Shown piece after piece: positions 25,351 through 39,900 of a stretch of DNA of 64,000 bases. Within the stretch, counting starts at the first letter, position 1. Each line of letters begins with the position of its first letter. The stretch lies in NCBI RefSeq assembly GCF_009914755.1, contig NC_060939.1. The stretch is one strand, 5' to 3'. The position numbers and the translations under genes were made by a program. Below the pieces are notes generated by a model. The model saw only the letters and a list, made by a program, of their open reading frames with translations, searched no databases and was not told where the DNA came from. This DNA comes from the human T2T-CHM13v2.0 reference genome, Homo sapiens.

Positions 25351-27194
25351 GAGGCCACAGGGTGCTCTGGGGACACTAGTGATCACAGCTAAGGAAGGAA
25401 AGCGGTGGAACTGCAAGGGTCAAAGTAAAGCCCCAGGAAACCGAAAGACCAGAAGAGGCGTGCATTGTGAAGGGGAAGGCACGCTCCGCCATGTGCCTGC
25501 TGAAATTGGCAATGTGGGAGGAGAAGCAGGCAGGAGGAGAGAGCTTCTAAACAAGACAGATCTTGTCATCTCTGCCCCCCCTTGCTGGCTGGCTTCCCCT
25601 TCCTGCCTGGACACACTGTGCAGCCCCCAGGTATGTGCTGACCAGCCTATCCCTACCCTGTAGCCTCGTCCACTCTCCAGCCCTAGTGCTTGTCCTTTGG
25701 CTCATTGATGCACCAATGCTTCCAGGCAGAGTGTTTATATGAGCGTCTTGCGGGGCGAGGAATGCCCACCCCTTAACTCCCAGTTAGCAAGGGAAACCTC
25801 CCTGACACCCTCACCCCTGCCAAGTCTAGAACACATTTCTCTGTCACGTAGAAAAGGATTCCTGTCCACGATGGCACTTAGGGTCTGCTACCTCTTAGGG
25901 GCACCTAGCAGGGCACTTGATACACATTTATGCAAAGACAAGATGGAGAGAGGAAGGGAGGGTGCAGGAATTATTAGGAGGAGGAGCGAAGAAGATGGAT
26001 CAGTGTAATACAGTGCGGCTAAGAACAGCCAGAGAAGAAAGAAAGCAAAGGAAAGAAATCATGTAGGCAACCTAGAAAACATTCAACTGAGACTGAGTCC
26101 AAAAATTCACACAGGAAATAGCAAAAATAGTCTTCACTACTAATATCCTAACCCTCTGATATTCTGTTATTGGGGATTTTGAGAGATACCGAATTTAATG
26201 CTTTCTGCCAGCTTCTAGGCGTGGAAAATAATATGTTCTGCTTAGTAGACTCATCTGTTAGTTCATTATGGTCTGAATGGAGTCGAGGGGCTTTTCCTAA
26301 AGGAGGGGGTTAAATGCATCCTGTGTAAGCCCCAGTTTTGAAAGCAGTGTTGATGTAGCTCAGCTGAAGCCTCCCAAACATGTCTGTCCTATTTCTCACT
26401 CTATTCTCGTTTGATATTGGAGTCCCCACGTGAGTCACTATTGCTTTTTGAGATATAATGCATTTTCCATGCTTTAAAGTGGCTGGGTCACTGCAAAACA
26501 GCCATCTCTGCATCATTTGTGGAATGGGCTGCTGTATTTCCTTGATGGGTGGGTAACAAGTCATGCTGCTGCCAGCCAGCTGGCCAGGTCGCTCTGAGGA
26601 GAGGATGGGCACGAATAAAAGCGTCTCTGTCTGGTGCTGATCCCAGTCATTTCTTTGTTGCTTTATTTTGCTTTACTTTAAGCCTGCGGCTCAAGGAGTT
26701 TTCTGAACACCATCTTGCCTAAAGTGGGTAGCAATTATGGATGGCTTGCCGTGATTTTCCCCTTTGGATGGAATTAAAGGCCTTGCTGGGATCAGCAGTC
26801 CGCTTGCAGAAGGACAGTCTGAATCCCGCAACTCTGCGGATGCCCCTACACCGTGCAGAGACAGGCAACTGCCTCACCCTCTCTGGGCTTCTCTGTTTCT
26901 GAGTTGCTCGGTCAGAAAATTCTATTGCAATAATGGAAATCTTTTTTGATGAAGATATTTAAAGATGTTTTTGTTGGCTCTGAAAGTTTAGAACAGCATG
27001 GGGTTTCAGCCATCCATTTTCATTGAGTGTGCAAAGCTGCATTTGTCATCTGCAGGGTTGTGTCTTTCACTCATTTTCCTGACCCTGTGGCTGATAGCAG
27101 AGGCTGGAGAGGGGACCTCTATGCAGGACACACTTGAGAGCAGTGTGGCCAAGCCTGTAAGCACTCATAATTGTGCTCATCATTGTTGCCAAGC

Positions 27195-27613
27195 GTCTTA
27201 GGGAACCTGGGGGAGCCAACCCAGGACAAGGATTCCTGAGCATGTAGCTTATTTGGGAAGGGATCCTGGGAAGCAGGATGAGGGGAGGGGGAGTGAGATA
27301 GGGAGGGCAGGCAAGCCGTTGGAGTGAGCATTGAAAAGCAAATCATACTGCGGGCAAACAGAGCCCATTCCTACTGGGGAGCTCTGGGAGACTGTGTATA
27401 GCACATCTCAGCCTTGTTCTGAGGAAACTGGGATGCTTATCTGCCAGCTGCCTTCCATCATAGGCTGAGAGCTGCTTCCAGGGGTGTCAGCTCCCTGGCA
27501 CCTCTGGCTTGCCTGCCCCATGTGTGGATCAAGTGCAGAGCTGCAGATGCTTGCAGTAGGCAGCTGTCAGGGCCTTGGGCACAGGAGGATGATTGTCGAC
27601 ATGGTCTGCTACA
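27195..27613 (-). mobile_element. LTR33-like ERVL LTR
   Basis: GACAAGGATTCCTGAGCATGTAGCTTATTTGGGAAGGGATCCTGGGAAGC...TGCTACA. Confidence 0.65.
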
Positions 27614-28076
27614 GCGCAGATGAGCCATCCACTCAAGTTCTAGTTGCTTTCACCCTGCTTTGATTGTAGATCCAATCTCAGCTTCTGGTAGGGAGCATAG
27701 CAACAATATGGGTGGAAGGGAGAGAGTCCTAGGACTTGAGGGTCCTAGGGGTGAGGGTGTTCTCAGCCAGAGCAGAGGAGGCAGGCAGGTGGCAAATTTC
27801 ACTGGACTAAAGAAGAGCCCAAGCCTGCATCCCAGCAAGGGGTGCCTATTCTACGTGGGCTGCGATGTATCTATTATGGAGTCATGGCAGTGCACACATG
27901 GAATGGCATCTTAGGGAGTGAATCTGTGAGATGTAGTGTTGTCATGGTTAATAGCTCCTGAAATTGTGGTATCCCTCAGCCTAACCGAGATTGGCCTGCT
28001 GGTGCTCAAAGGCTCATAATGCAGTCATGGCCAGGCTCTTGGAGGGCCCAAGGGCATCACTGGAAGGTGATGTGGT

Positions 28077-28515
28077 TGCTATAGTTTGAATATTTGTCCT
28101 TTACAAATATTTGAATATCTGTCTTCTCCAGAATTTGTGTTAAAATTTAACCCCTAATATGACAGTATTGAGAGGTGGGACCTTTGAAGGCCAACTGGGT
28201 CATGAGGGCTCTGCCCTCATGAATGCTTTAATCTATTCATGGATTAATGGATCAATAGGATATCATGGGAATGGGACTGATAACTTGATAAGAAGAGGAA
28301 GAGAGGCCTGAGCCAGCACCTTCAGGCCCCTCCCCATGCGATGCCTGGTACCACCTTGGCACTACAGAGAGTCCCCACCAGCAAGAAGCCCTCACCAGAT
28401 GCAGCTCCTTGACCTCGGACTCCCAGCATCCATACTGTAAGAAATGAATTCTTTTCTTTATAAATTACCCAGTTTCAGGCATCCTGTTATAAGCAACAGA
28501 AAACAAACTAAGACA
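28077..28515 (+). mobile_element. MSTB-type MaLR solo LTR
   Basis: TGCTATAGTTTGAAT...CTAAGACA; CATGAGGGCTCTGCCCTCATG; near-matching TSD GTGGT/GTAGT. Confidence 0.85.
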
Positions 28516-28799
28516 GTAGTAGTTCCAGGTGAGCAGAGGTAATTTTGCTGCTGGAGATCTCAGAGAAGGAGTTTTGAGGATGTGCTGTTACAGCTTCTGT
28601 ATTAATCAGATATTCACACCTGAGCTGGAGGGAGGCTGTTTCTAAATCATGTGTTGTGGGAAGAGGGGGAGCAGCAGCTTGTTTTAAAGCAGTGAGTGGA
28701 GCCAGCCAACCTATGTTTGCATCTTCAAAGTCATCCTCCGAACTGTCCATCTCACTCTCCCAGGTCTCATCATGGTCGCTCTTGCTGTTTGTTTTTAAT

Positions 28800-29750
28800 T
28801 TGTTCATTCACTCAACCAATATTTAGTGAAGGCTCCCTCAGCATAATCACACACTGTTCTGGGAACTAAGGATTCAGCAGTGATCCAGCCAGACCCAAAC
28901 CCACCAGAGAAACAGAGATGGGGAAGAGAGGAGGGAGGCATGGGCCAGATTGTAGGTGATCCCAGAAAAATGAAGCAGGAAAGGGAATAGTGAGGGCTGA
29001 GCCAGAGGTCAGGGAGAGACCAGGAGACAGACTAGAGGGCTGCAAAGGAACAGGCCCTGTGATATCAAGTGGAGAGAGTGTTCCTGACAGAAGGAACAGC
29101 CAGTGCAGGGGCCCTGTCAAGAAGGCTTGTGAAAGACTTCGAAATGCAAAAAAAAAAAAAAATAGTGAGGGAAGAGAAAAAAAGACACCTCGGTTCCTAC
29201 AGAATACTAGGCATGGTCACAGGCACCTTCCTGGTCATCTGAGTCTGTAGTGGACTGTGCCTGTCATGGTCTTCAAACTAGTTTTCAACTCTAACTTCTA
29301 GAAAACTGATGGCAAAACCAATGATTCTAGTCCACGGAGAAGCAAATGTGTTTTGCTGGTGGACCAATTCCCCTGTTGACAGATTCAGATCAGTGTGCCT
29401 GGTTGTCTTTGTATGTGTCTGCTTTTAGGATGCTCTGCAGAATTGGTTTTAACATTTTCCTGGTTCCTTCCTTCATTAATGACTTAAGTAGTCTTTGACA
29501 CACGATCACTTTATATTTGTGCAAGTGTCATGATTTTATCTTTTAAAAAATCCATCAATTGCCCTGAGGCGGGAACATGCTATCCAGGTCTGTCCTAGGA
29601 GCAAATTCAGCTGCTGTGGCTGGAGAGAATTGGTGGATGGGGAAGCCAGGGTTCAGAGAGAGGGTCAGAGACATGATGGGAGGAGCTGGGGACCAAGTCG
29701 TGGAGGCCTTGGCTTTGACTGTGAGACAGGAGAGGCCCTGATACCTTTGA
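28800..29750 (-). mobile_element. L2 fragments (~28800-29150 and ~29580-29750)
   Basis: TTCATTCACTCAACCAATATTTAGTGA L2 tail in antisense; GAAGGAACAGCCAGTGCAGGGGCCCTG. Confidence 0.6.
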
Positions 29751-32700
29751 CAGAATTTTTGTTTCAGTTCCTTTTTGCTTTGAACATTTAAAAAAAATAT
29801 ATTTATTCATATTCTCCTCTTGACTTGTTAGCAATTGATTCCCATCAGGTGATTTTGTCCAGAAGTTATTATCTGTTCTTTTCTGCTTGTACACTCCTCC
29901 CAGCCTGTGGCAGTGGGCAGGTTTTGCTTTTGTTGTTTCTTCTGACATCTCAGCAAGAGGAAGGGAGGAAGGGCAAGTGCGTGTGTGTCCTTAATCAGCC
30001 TCTGATGGCCCAGCTGTTTGCCTCGGGCTAACTCGGAGCCCACCTGTCTGCACCAGAGTGAGTGGACTGTCGCTGGCTGACTGTTAATGCTGTCTGCCTC
30101 ATCCGGTGCTTACTGAAGGTCCCATGCACTGCGTTCAGCCTACTTGCCCGCAGCTCCTGGTCTTCAGCACCCTGGAGCCAAGCCCCCTTTACTGGGCACT
30201 CGCCCAGTGCCAGCAGATGATAGCCAGGAAATTGTGGCTTTATGCCTTCTTTCTGGACTTTATGAAGTCTGTTTGAGTGTCCACAAATCTCAGGGCGGGA
30301 AGCTGGTGCTCAGAGAGGTTCAGCCACTTGCCCGAGGTCACTCAGCTGGGTCTGCCTGACTCCATAGTCTGACTCATTACTGGCCAGTCTCTCGACACAT
30401 CAGGAAAGAGCTCGGTCTCTTGTGCTTTATTTTCTAAAGTTAAAAAGCAGAGAGATCCCCTTTCCCTCCCTCTGAGCTGGCTCCACTTTCGCACCTGCTC
30501 TGGGCTGCTCTGCCAGGCTCAGCCTTCCACTTCCTAAAAAGAGTGAGTTTGTTTTCTCTGAAGCTGCTGTGGGGTTTTCTTTTCTTTTCTTTTCTTTTCT
30601 TTTTCTGAAGCTGCTGTGGGGTTTACTGTCGCCTCTTGACTGATTTCACTCAGCATCTGACATTTTCTTTTCTTTGACCAAATCCCCTGCCAGCCAGTGT
30701 GGGCCACAGGGCAGTGCCACAGCAGAGCGTGGAATGACAGAACCCAACTGCTGTCTGTGCAAGAGTTTGAGCAGAATTTCAAGCAGAGGACAGGTGCTGC
30801 GGTGAATAGAATTTTGTGGGGATGGTGTTGCATTGAGGTGGCCTGGGTGAGGCTGTCTTCTGGCATGTGGCAACGGGCCAGTCCACGGAGCAGCTCCCCA
30901 ACCCCCTGCACCCCCAAGGGCCCTGAAGCTAATCGTGCCCAAGAGCACGGCTTTTGGAGATGAGCTTATTGATCTTTGTGATGTGGAACACAGAGCCAGC
31001 ACGGTTGTAAGGGCTGTGTGATAAATACATGAGACAGGAACTCAATGGGCGGTTCAGTCTTCATCATGAGCTGCCTGAGGGAGCAGTGCGGGCAGCCAGG
31101 TGAGGGCCAGGGTCCGCCGCCACCCCGCCCCTTCCCGAGCCTGCTGTGGGGTCCCTGCGCGTGTCCACTGCCCACTAGAGATGCGCTCTTCAGCTGTCTG
31201 CACAGGAGGAGACTTAGGAAGTTGTGTGTGAGGCATCAGAAGGCAGCTGGGCCTCCCCAGCATGCTAAGACCTCAGCAGTGCAGGGTGTGGGGCCCGAGC
31301 TGGATGTGCCCCATTGCTTGTATCAAAACCTGGAGAAACAGAGCTTTCCTTGTGGGCCAGGGCCACATGGTCGGTGGAGCTGATGCTGTCAGTCGGCCGG
31401 GTGGTATTTTCTGGGGACCTACTCTGTGTAAGACACTGTGCTTCTAGGAAGACGCACATTCACTGCCCTCGAGGCATGTGTAATCAGTAGCAAATCAGTT
31501 TACCGTGGGTGGTCTCATCTGACGTATTTTTGTGTCCTTCAGTGAAGTCATCTAAAATTACTCTGCTTCACAATTGAGGAAATGGTTCCTGAAATTAAAT
31601 GGCTTGTTGACGCAGTTCTGAGGCCTTGACTCCACATCCTCGTGCCTTTCCCAGTCCTTGACAGGCTCTTTGTGGCTGTAAGACAAGGGCACAAAGTGCA
31701 TCTTGCAGAGCAGAAGATGACGTATGTCAGGGACATAACATCTTAGAAAGATCTGGAAGAGAGAGAGCCTCATCCAGTGGGAGGGTGTGGGCAACTGTTC
31801 ACGGCAGGGTGGCCATACGTCTTGGTCTGTCTGGGACAGCCCGGGTTTGTGCCTGAGGTCCTGGCACTGCTGTTAATGGTGCCTTTTTTCACTTTTAAGA
31901 TGGGGCATTTCATGGAAAGATATGTAAGTTAGGTCATATGGCACAGGGCCCTTAGCGGGGAGGGGGAGAGATCACCTTGGAAGGGACTAAATGTGGCAGG
32001 ATCCTCAATGCATATGCTTGGAATGAAAGGGAGAGGGAAAAGAACAGAATAATCAGGTCAGGGACTAGCTATAATCTAAGGAATTGCCACCAGTCCAACT
32101 GGACTTCTCTGGAAATCTGTCCCTGACGCCTGGCCACAGTCGCCTACTCTGGGCTGCTGTGTACCTTGGAGGACTCTTTGTAAACATCACACGATGCTGC
32201 GGATGTGAGTTTGATACTCTTGTTTTTCCCCACTGTCCAGTGAGCTCCTTGGGAGCAACCAAGTTCTATTCACATTTTGTAATCCCCCCAAGTTAGTGTG
32301 ACAAGTAGCACATGGCAAGCAGCACATCGCAGTGGGTGAGGGACTAGTGGGGCCACTACCCTGTTCCAGGAGGGAGTTGCTGGAGGCCAGAACCTGGGCA
32401 GAACCTTGGAACTCAGGCTGTCTGGATCAAGAGAGCCATCTTCTAGCACCCTTAGATTAAAAATAAGTAAGTTCTGATTGTGTGGGGCAGGGATGTAGGG
32501 TATGGGTCCTATCCCGAGAAGCAAATTAGTCTAGAAATGATTCTCCTTTCTCCTCCACTACCCATACCAATCTATCTTGAAGGATTATGCATTTGAAATT
32601 ACTCTAGTCATCTTTTCACATTATTTGTGGTCTTTTTTTAATATAAATTTTACATCCTTAGCTAATCACATTTTTGTGTTGTTTCCTTTATGGATCCTTT

Positions 32701-32989
32701 ATGGCTTTGGGGTCCCAGACCAGGAGACTATCCATTTATTCTACTAAATAGTTTGTTTTTTATTGTGTATGGTTTTTTTTCCCTAAAATGTTTGTGTATG
32801 CTATGAGGTAAGGGTCTAACTTTACTTTTCTTTAAGGGATAGAAAATAATTCTAACAGCACTTATTGAGCAATACATCTTTCTCCCCATGGCATTGAAGT
32901 GGGATGGTTATATTCATTTATGCATGTGCCAATACCATACTGAGAGCTAAGCAGGGTGAATAAAAAGAGACATATGTCTTGAATATCTT

Positions 32990-34750
32990 GCTGCGATTTT
33001 AAAACACTCATGATAAAGGCAAAACCCTTATAAGCTCTCAAAGCAAAAAAAAAAAAAAAATCACAATAGCAAGAAACAGTAGCCTAGTAGAGGACTACTT
33101 TCAAATATTGAAGGGCAATTATTTTTAAAATAAAATATTTTGTTGAACTGAACTTTCTGGGCAAAAATGAAAGCAGTTTTAAATATGTAAAGACTCAAGT
33201 CTGAAAGAATTACTCAGAATTGTATTCCAGCAAAATGAGAAGAAACCAAGAAAGAGGCAAACCTGGAATATAATCAGCACTCGTGAGTGATGGAATCACT
33301 AAAAGGCATAGTTCAGTCTAATTATTTGATGATGTTGTTAAATGGTTTTTGTTGGCAGGGGACTAAGAAGTAGAAGAAGTAACAGCAGACGTTTGGTGTC
33401 GGCCTTCTTTGGTTCATGCATGATAAAGATAAACCTCGTTAAATGCACAAAATGAAAAAAAGTACAAGTAAATATGTATGTTAAATATTTGAATAGCTAT
33501 CAGAGTAACAGAAATAGTGTCATAACTTCCAGACCACTAAATAAGGGACCAAAACCTGAAGTCGATACCTCTAATGCAAGAACAGAAAACTGAGAAACAG
33601 TGTAAGTATGAGGTCTCTCATGGATCCCTGGCATGGGTATGAACATTATTTTAAACTGAAGACATTTGAGATTAAACAGATAGGGAAAGAAGCTTTTTCA
33701 GAGCTTACTTATCAGACTACAGCAAAAACTTCTGGGAGCGAGCCTGGCATAAATCTCCTTTCTAGGGGAGTCTTTACTGGCTGGAAAGAAGATGGAAAAG
33801 ACCAGTTGCACCTGCATAAACAAAACTTTCCCACAGACCTTCTTATCTCCCATTTGCTCCCCTAGAAACCGATTTGTTCTTTTCATAGAAGCCCTTCCTC
33901 TCCCCTCTCTCTCCGCTGTGCAGTATATAATCTCACCTTTAGCTGTTTGAAGAGTTGCATTTTTCTTTGTGCCCCTGTGCCCATGTAGGCATAAAAGTCA
34001 GTTTTCTCTTGCTCATCTGTCTTTTGTCAGTTTAATTCCTAAGCTCCCCCCCGCCAAAAGAATCTATAAGGGTAGAGGAAGAGCATTTCTTCTCTAACAT
34101 GAGAAAATCTGGCCAAAAAAAAAAAAAAAAAACAGCCTACAAAAAACCAGAAAACAAACCTACTAGCAGAAACGAGTTAAAACAATCACTAATCACAAAA
34201 ATTCAAATGGATTTAAATCCCATAACAGTTCTCAAACCAAAACAGACTCCTAGATGGGTTTCAAAAAATCAAAATCCAACTATATTGTATATACAGAAGG
34301 TAGATTTTAATCAAATAATCCAAAAGGTTGAAATGAAAAGGATCGAAAAACCATGTCTGCCAAATGCCATAAGAAGAAACAGATTTAGCATTGTTCTTAT
34401 TTCACAAATATAGATGAAAGACAAAATACGTAAAAAGGGACAAAATGAATATTTTATATTGATTAAAGGAAAATTTATTGAGAAAACAAAGTGCTCATGA
34501 ATAATTATGTTGCAGTGTGACTGCAAAAAATACAGTCAATGCTGATGAAAGTCAAAGGAGAAATTAACAAAAACCAGGATCTCAAGAAAGGGTAAGTATG
34601 CTTACATGGAATGAAATAAAACAGTGGTTAAAACTAACCCAGAAGATATATAGAAAGATTTGTATCTAACAAATATTTCCCAAAAGTAGTAATATTCACA
34701 AAAAATAAACTAAGACTGGAAGAAAATTCATAAGCAGATAAATATTACTC
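32990..34750 (+). mobile_element. Degraded L1ME ORF1/ORF2-endonuclease remnant, interrupted by a MER34 LTR
   Basis: ORF 34099-34413 (WVSKNQNPTILYIQK...SIVLISQI) resembles the L1 endonuclease WIKKQDPTICCLQETH...VAILISDK. Confidence 0.6.
33601..34099 (+). mobile_element. MER34-type ERV1 solo LTR
   Basis: TG...CA ends; ATTATTTTAAACTGAAGACATTTGAGA; TATA-like GTATATAA; ATCTGTCTTTTGTCAGTTTAATT...AAGGGTAGAGGAA 3' end. Confidence 0.7.
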
Positions 34751-34833
34751 AGAAGAAAACTGGCAAACAAAGCTGACTGTTGAAAAGTCAGGTGAATCCA
34801 CCTCAAAGTCAGAGATAAGGCAAAGATGAGAAA

Positions 34834-35161
34834 TGTTAGGGACTGAATGATTGTGTCCCCTCGAGAATTAGTATGTTGAAATCCTAACCCCCAAGGTGAT
34901 GGAATTAGAAGGTGGGGCCTCTAGGAGGGGATTGGGTCATAAAGGTGGAGTTTCATGAATGGGATTAGTGTCCTTATAAGAAGAGACACAAGGGCTTTCT
35001 TCCTGTCTCTGCTTATTTGGCCATCTGAGGACACAAGGAGGAGATGTGTATCTGCAAACCAGGACAGTTGCCCTCCCCAGACATCAGATCCGTGGGTGCT
35101 TTGATCTTGGACTTACAGGCTCCAGAACTGTGGAAGATAAATGCCAGAACTGACTAAGACA
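34834..35161 (+). mobile_element. MLT1A-type MaLR LTR
   Basis: GGACTGAATGATTGTGTCCCC...GAAATCCTAACCCCCAAGGTGATGG...GACTAAGACA. Confidence 0.8.
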
Positions 35162-36949
35162 ACAGCTATCACTGCTTTCAACTGCCGGGTGGATGCCCTA
35201 GCCGGAGCCCTATGACAGCAAGTTAAAGAAAGATATCTAAATATTACGAGAAAGAAAAAACACTATCATTACTTCCAGTTGGTTAGTCACCTAAAGGCAG
35301 ACGCAGCTGACAAACTTTGAACTAATAAAAGATTTAAGAAAGAAGACAATAGCTGAGCTAGGTGTGAGTGAAGAACAGTGAAGTGAAATGGAAAGAACAG
35401 ACCTCATTTACACTCATGATGATAACCATAAAATACCAAAGAATCAACCTGGTGCCCATGCACCAAACCCTTCTGAGGAAAACGATAAAAATTCACCAAA
35501 GCACCTGAAAGAGTAAAAGAGTCAGGAAGCAGCATGTGGGGTCTGCCAGCTCTCCTTCCCCTGCAGCTGGGCCATGTGTTGGAAGCCTGGAGTAGCAGCA
35601 GGGTTACTGCCTGGGGTCCCAGAGTCAAGGACTTAGAACTGCTGTGCCCGGGCTGCCTAGTAGACTCTAGAGACGCTCCGCTGCAGTCTTCTGGGGTCAA
35701 GAGGGGACAATCGGAAAGAGCTTTAAAAACTCTCAGGCTGCTCAGGGAGTTCTTAGATAGTGCTTTGGGCTCCATGTGCAGGATCTAGATCCTGCTTGCC
35801 TGGTTTGCTCTTCTGATTCGATGTTCCAATATCTGCTCTGGCTAAGAAGCTGCCGAGTGATTGTTAACAATGGAAACTGCATCTTTACCTCCTCAGGGTC
35901 TGATACAGCAGGTGTGGAGTACAGCTCAGGAATCGGTCATACATGGTCCCCCTGGATCACTTGTGAAAGACTCTGTCCTGCTGGGCATGAATGCCAGCTT
36001 GCATTCCTTTAATTAGATGGAAACTAGGAGGTATTTGGTGGCTGGAAGTCATGAATTTCAGCCCATACACTTCCTTCAATTACATGCTTGTCTCCCTCCT
36101 GCTGTCCAGAGAAAACCAACTGAATGATGAATAGTGCTCTCACCATTGGTAGCTGATAGCAAAAAAAAAAAATGATCCAGAACTTCATTTTGACAAATGA
36201 ATGCTTCTCCCTGATACCTAGTTTGTGCTTCTCATTTTCCCAGGGATGCATTAATGCTAGAGAACTTTAGTGAATCACTACAGAATTACTTATGCATTTT
36301 GTAGTTAATAGGCAAAATATGTTGTGCCTGTAACATAGCTCCTTTGATGTTCTTAGTAAGCAGAACGTAGTATGGATTCTACTTTATTGACTTCCAGATG
36401 GTGCCTCTAAAGGTTATGACTATGAGCTAGTTAAATGTTTTGTCCCTACCAGTGGGTTCATGGCTTCATAAAGACCTGTGGTAGGTAGCATCTGAGTTTG
36501 TAGTTTGCATTTATTTCTGACTTTTAAGTCTACATTGACACAATCTCTTTATCTTGGCTTTGTTGAACTCTGCCTCATTTATTATGAAAGCTGACTTCAG
36601 GTTGAGGGCAAGGCAAAGAAAGAAGCCTTCGTATTTCAAAAGAACAAGATGGGTAGCCACGACACAGTCAAATTGGTTAATTTCTGTTCCTCGCTCCCTA
36701 AACTGCTAAATTTCATTTTATATATCTTCCTTCAGTCCATCTACTTAATATATTTTATGTGGTTAGACGGACTGCATTTTTCACTCATCCTGTTTTCCAT
36801 GGGTTTTTCTCATCATCATTTTAATAGTGACATAATTCATAGAGATGATACTTTCTAGTTCACCATTGTTGGATTTAGTATGTTTCTAACAGATTAATAA
36901 TTATAGGTCATAAGAAATGGAAAAAAAATTATAGGGAGGTACATTTTCA

Positions 36950-39900
36950 TATTCCTCCTAATATTCCCCAGCAGTAACACCTTAAATAACTCTAGTGTAA
37001 TATCAAAGCCAAGAAATTAACATTGGTATATTCCACAAAGTTTATTCAGATTTCACCAGTTTTACATTCATGCATTTTTGTGTAGTATATATAATTCTAA
37101 GCAAATTCATCACATGTATTGATTCATGTAGCCACCAACAAATTAAGATAAAGAACTGTTCCACGACTGTAAAGATCTCTTGCACTATACCCTTATAGCC
37201 ACATCCCGCTTGTCCCTAACTACTGGCAAACACTAATCCATCTCTGTCATTGTGGCATTTCAAGAATATTTTATGTGTAGACTAATATAGTTTGTAACCT
37301 TTTGAGGGTGGCTGAGTAGTGGTCTGTGGTATGGATGTGCCACAATTTGTGTAACTATTAATCCATTAACAGATATTTGAGATGTTTTCAGTTTTTCGCT
37401 ATTGCAATCATAGCTTCTATAACATCCATGTCCATGTTTGTTTGTTTTTGAAGATGTTTCCATTCGTCTGGTATAAATTACATAAGCACGCAATTGTTAG
37501 GTTGTATAATAAGCAGATGCTTCATTTTATAAGAAACTGCCATACTCTTTTCCAGAGTGGCCGTTCCCACCTAAGTGATCAAGTAATTCCGCATCCTCCC
37601 CAGAATTTGGTGTTATCACTATTTTTTTTATTTTAGCCACGCTAGTAGGTGTGTAGTGATAACCCATTGTGTTTTTAATTTACATTCTCCTGGTGGCTAA
37701 TGCTGTTGAACATCTTACTATGTGGTGGTTCGTCACCTGTATATCCTCTTCATTGAAATATATGTTCATGTCTGTTTGCCCGTTTTCTAGTTAGATTGTG
37801 TGGGGTTTTGTTTGTTTTATTTTTACTCTTGAGATTTAAGAGTTCTTTATGCTAGATATGCCTTTTGTCAGATATGTGTTTTGAAAATATAGTTTGTCTT
37901 TCTGTAGTTTATCTCTTCATCTTCTTTACAGGGTCTTTCACAGAGTAAACATGTTCTTTTTAAAAATTACAGTGAAGTTTTTTATCAAATTTTACTTTGA
38001 TGGATTGTGTTTTTGATGTCAAGTCTTGGAACTCATAGCCTAGAGTGCTGAAGATTTCCTCCTATGTTTTGTTCTAAAAGTTTCACATTTTTAAGTCTTA
38101 CATTTAAGTCTGTTCTTTAAGTTGATGTCAATTTTTGGTATGATATCTGAGATTTACATCAAAGTTTATCCTTTTGCCTGTGGATTTTCAGTTATTCCAG
38201 GTCCACTCATTGAGAAGACTATATTCCTCTTCTGAATTGCTTTGAAAAAATCAGTTGGGTATATTTGTGTGGGTCTACTATTGGGTTCTCAATTCTGTTT
38301 TATTAATCTAGATATCTCTTCCTCTATTATAGTCTTTTGCTTTCATCGTATAGTAACGCTTAACATTGAGTAGAGTGTTTCTTCCCATTTTATTGTTCCT
38401 TTTCAAAATTGTTTTAGCTATTTTAGTTTCTTTGTTTATATAAATTTCAGACTGACTTTGTGTATCCATATGTACAAAACTCTTGCTGGGTTTTTAATGG
38501 GAATTGTGTTAAGCCTACAGGTTCTCGTAGGGACAATTATGTTGAATCTTCCAATCCATGATCATGGTATGTCCCTCTTATTTCAATCTTCTATGATTTT
38601 TCCATCAGTATTTTGTAGTTTTCAACATGTGAGATTTATGCTTGTTTTGTTAAATTTATATTTGTTTCATTTTTGACCAGTTGTAAATGATACTGCATTT
38701 TCAGTAACCACATGTTTACTGTTAGTATAGCAATTATTTTATGTTGATCTTGTATTTCTGACCTTGCTGAACTTACTCATTAGGTTTAGCAGTTTTTTTT
38801 TTAATTGTTTTTGTTTTGAGATTCCTTTGGATTTTCCACATAGACCATCATGTCACCTGAAAATAGTAACTTTTTAAATTTCTTTCTGATTTCTAGGCCT
38901 CTTACTTCCTTTACTTTCCTGGCTAGGATTTCTAGTATTATGCTGAATTAGAATGTTAAAAGTGAACAACTTTATCTTGTTTCTGATCTTATGGCGAAAG
39001 CATCCAGTCTTTCACTATTAAGTATGATGCTAGCTGTAGGTTTTTTGTGGAATTGCTTTTATCAGGATGAGGAAGTTTCCCTCTATTCCAGTTTTCTGAG
39101 ACTTTTTAATATGGATGAGTGTTGAGTGTTATTACTTGCTTTTTCTGCATCAATTGATATAATCAGGTGATTTTTCTTCCTTGGCATCTTAATATGGTAG
39201 ATTACATTGATCAGTTTTCAATTATTGAACTAGCTTTACACTCATGGAACAAACTCTACTTGGTCATGTGTGTAATTCCTTATATATACTGCTAAGTTGT
39301 ATTGCCAATATTTTATTAAGGGTGGTTTATGTATATTTATGAGAGAATGTGGTCTGTAGTTTTTGTTTTGCATTTTATAAATTTTTTCTACTGTCTTTGT
39401 CTAGTTTTGGTTATGAGGTTAATAAAAGCCTCTGTGTTTTATCCTTTTTTATTTACTGGGAGACAGTTATAGAATTGATATTAATTCTTCCTTAAATGTT
39501 TGTTAAAATTCCCCAGCGAAGCCATTCAGGATGTGGAGATACCTTTTTAAAAAACATTTAAAATTATGAACTCAATGTGTTTAATTGTTTTAGGGATCTT
39601 CAGCTTATTTATAGCCTATTGGTTGAGTTGTGGTAGTTTGTACTTTTCAAGGAATTGGTGCATTTCATTTAAGTTGCTAAATGTATGTGTTAATTTCTAT
39701 GTAAAGAGTTGTTCATAGCTTTCCTCATCATTCTTTTGATGTCTACAATGTCTGTGTAGTGACACATAGAATACATTCGTGGTATTAGTTTGTCAATTTT
39801 ATTGATATTTTCAAAGAAGATTTTCATTTCATTGATTTTTTTTTCTTTTTTTTCTCTTCTCCGTGTCAGTGATTTTATACTTTTATATTTATTATTTACT

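Noticed and set aside
30163-30179. RE1/REST-like TTCAGCACCCTGGAGCC
   Set aside because: The left half-site is exact but the right half lacks GGACAG; too weak without ChIP data.
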